IMG/VR virus record: IMGVR_UViG_2909739949_000002
Span: 82,529-146,528 of that record
DNA: 64,000 bases
Source of the DNA: a virus
Taxonomy: Duplodnaviria > Heunggongvirae > Uroviricota > Caudoviricetes
Strand: one strand, 5' to 3'
Shown: positions 63,649 to 64,000 of the stretch, piece by piece
Position numbering within the stretch: the first letter of the stretch is position 1
How the letters are laid out: each line of letters opens with the position of its first letter
Translations under genes and position numbers: made by a program
Notes under the pieces: generated by a model
What the model was told of the DNA's origin: nothing
Databases searched by the model: none
The model's input: only the letters and a program-made list of their open reading frames with translations

Positions 63649-64000
63649 TTAAATAGATTTAAATTGTTTTAGTTTATTAATACCTTCTCTTCTAGATATA
63701 TGTTTTCTATTAGAAGAACTAGTACCTACTAGATGATTAGAGTGGACGGCGTTAACTGGAACATGAATATTAGAAGTGAGACCGCTTTGAATCATATATA
63801 GGTAACAATTATATATTGCGTTAGCTATAGCATCAGCAGTATCTTTACCATGTTCAGATCCTTTGGGGTGATCTACTCTACCATTAGGTAATTGAACTAA
63901 ATTACATAATTCATATTCAAGAGTAGGTGACCATTGACTATCTCTAGGAAGGATAAGTAATCTTTGGTCTATTAAGGTTTTAGTAGTTGAGTAATAAAGT
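63649..64000 (-). CDS. terL: terminase large subunit, C-terminal fragment (runs off window; not in track)
   Basis: Manual translation ...LEYELCNLVQLPNGRVDHPKGSEHGKDTADAIANA..., typical of the TerL nuclease end. Confidence 0.72.
   Translation of the reverse strand, partial: LYYSTTKTLIDQRLLILPRDSQWSPTLEYELCNLVQLPNGRVDHPKGSEHGKDTADAIANAIYNCYLYMIQSGLTSNIHVPVNAVHSNHLVGTSSSNRKHISRREGINKLKQFKSI

Noticed and set aside
1-64000. Stop-codon reassignment (alternative genetic code)
   Set aside because: Genes are full length and tightly packed under the standard code, and TAG, TGA and TAA all end genes

Overview
This is an AT-rich, gene-dense segment of a large tailed dsDNA phage genome read in the standard genetic code. 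The host cannot be determined from the sequence, although the gene set resembles what I recall of large freshwater cyanophages. Positions 1-45.2 kb (+) hold early, accessory and replication genes: phoH, tandem-domain thyX, recA, a MoxR AAA/vWA pair, a split and intein-containing family A DNA polymerase, a beta-clamp-like protein, dUTPase, a UDG-like protein, DnaX and delta-like clamp-loader subunits, helicases, a dNMP kinase and a DnaG primase. Positions 45.2-64 kb (-) hold nucleases, a HTH gene, a 2918-aa protein with tandem PLD motifs, tail proteins and the 3' end of terL. The following are missing from, or wrong in, the ORF track: (1) a 309-nt group I intron splitting the HTH gene (47798-48106); (2) a ~530-nt candidate structured ncRNA (14053-14581); (3) three defective tRNA-like elements; (4) a dispersed GGCGGC-N7-GCCGCC hairpin family bordering repeated paralogous gene modules; (5) a probable ATT-initiated gene at 7373; (6) the tail-fibre ORF 11877-12995, which is on the minus strand although the track labels it +. 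All product calls come from motifs read by eye, with no database searches.
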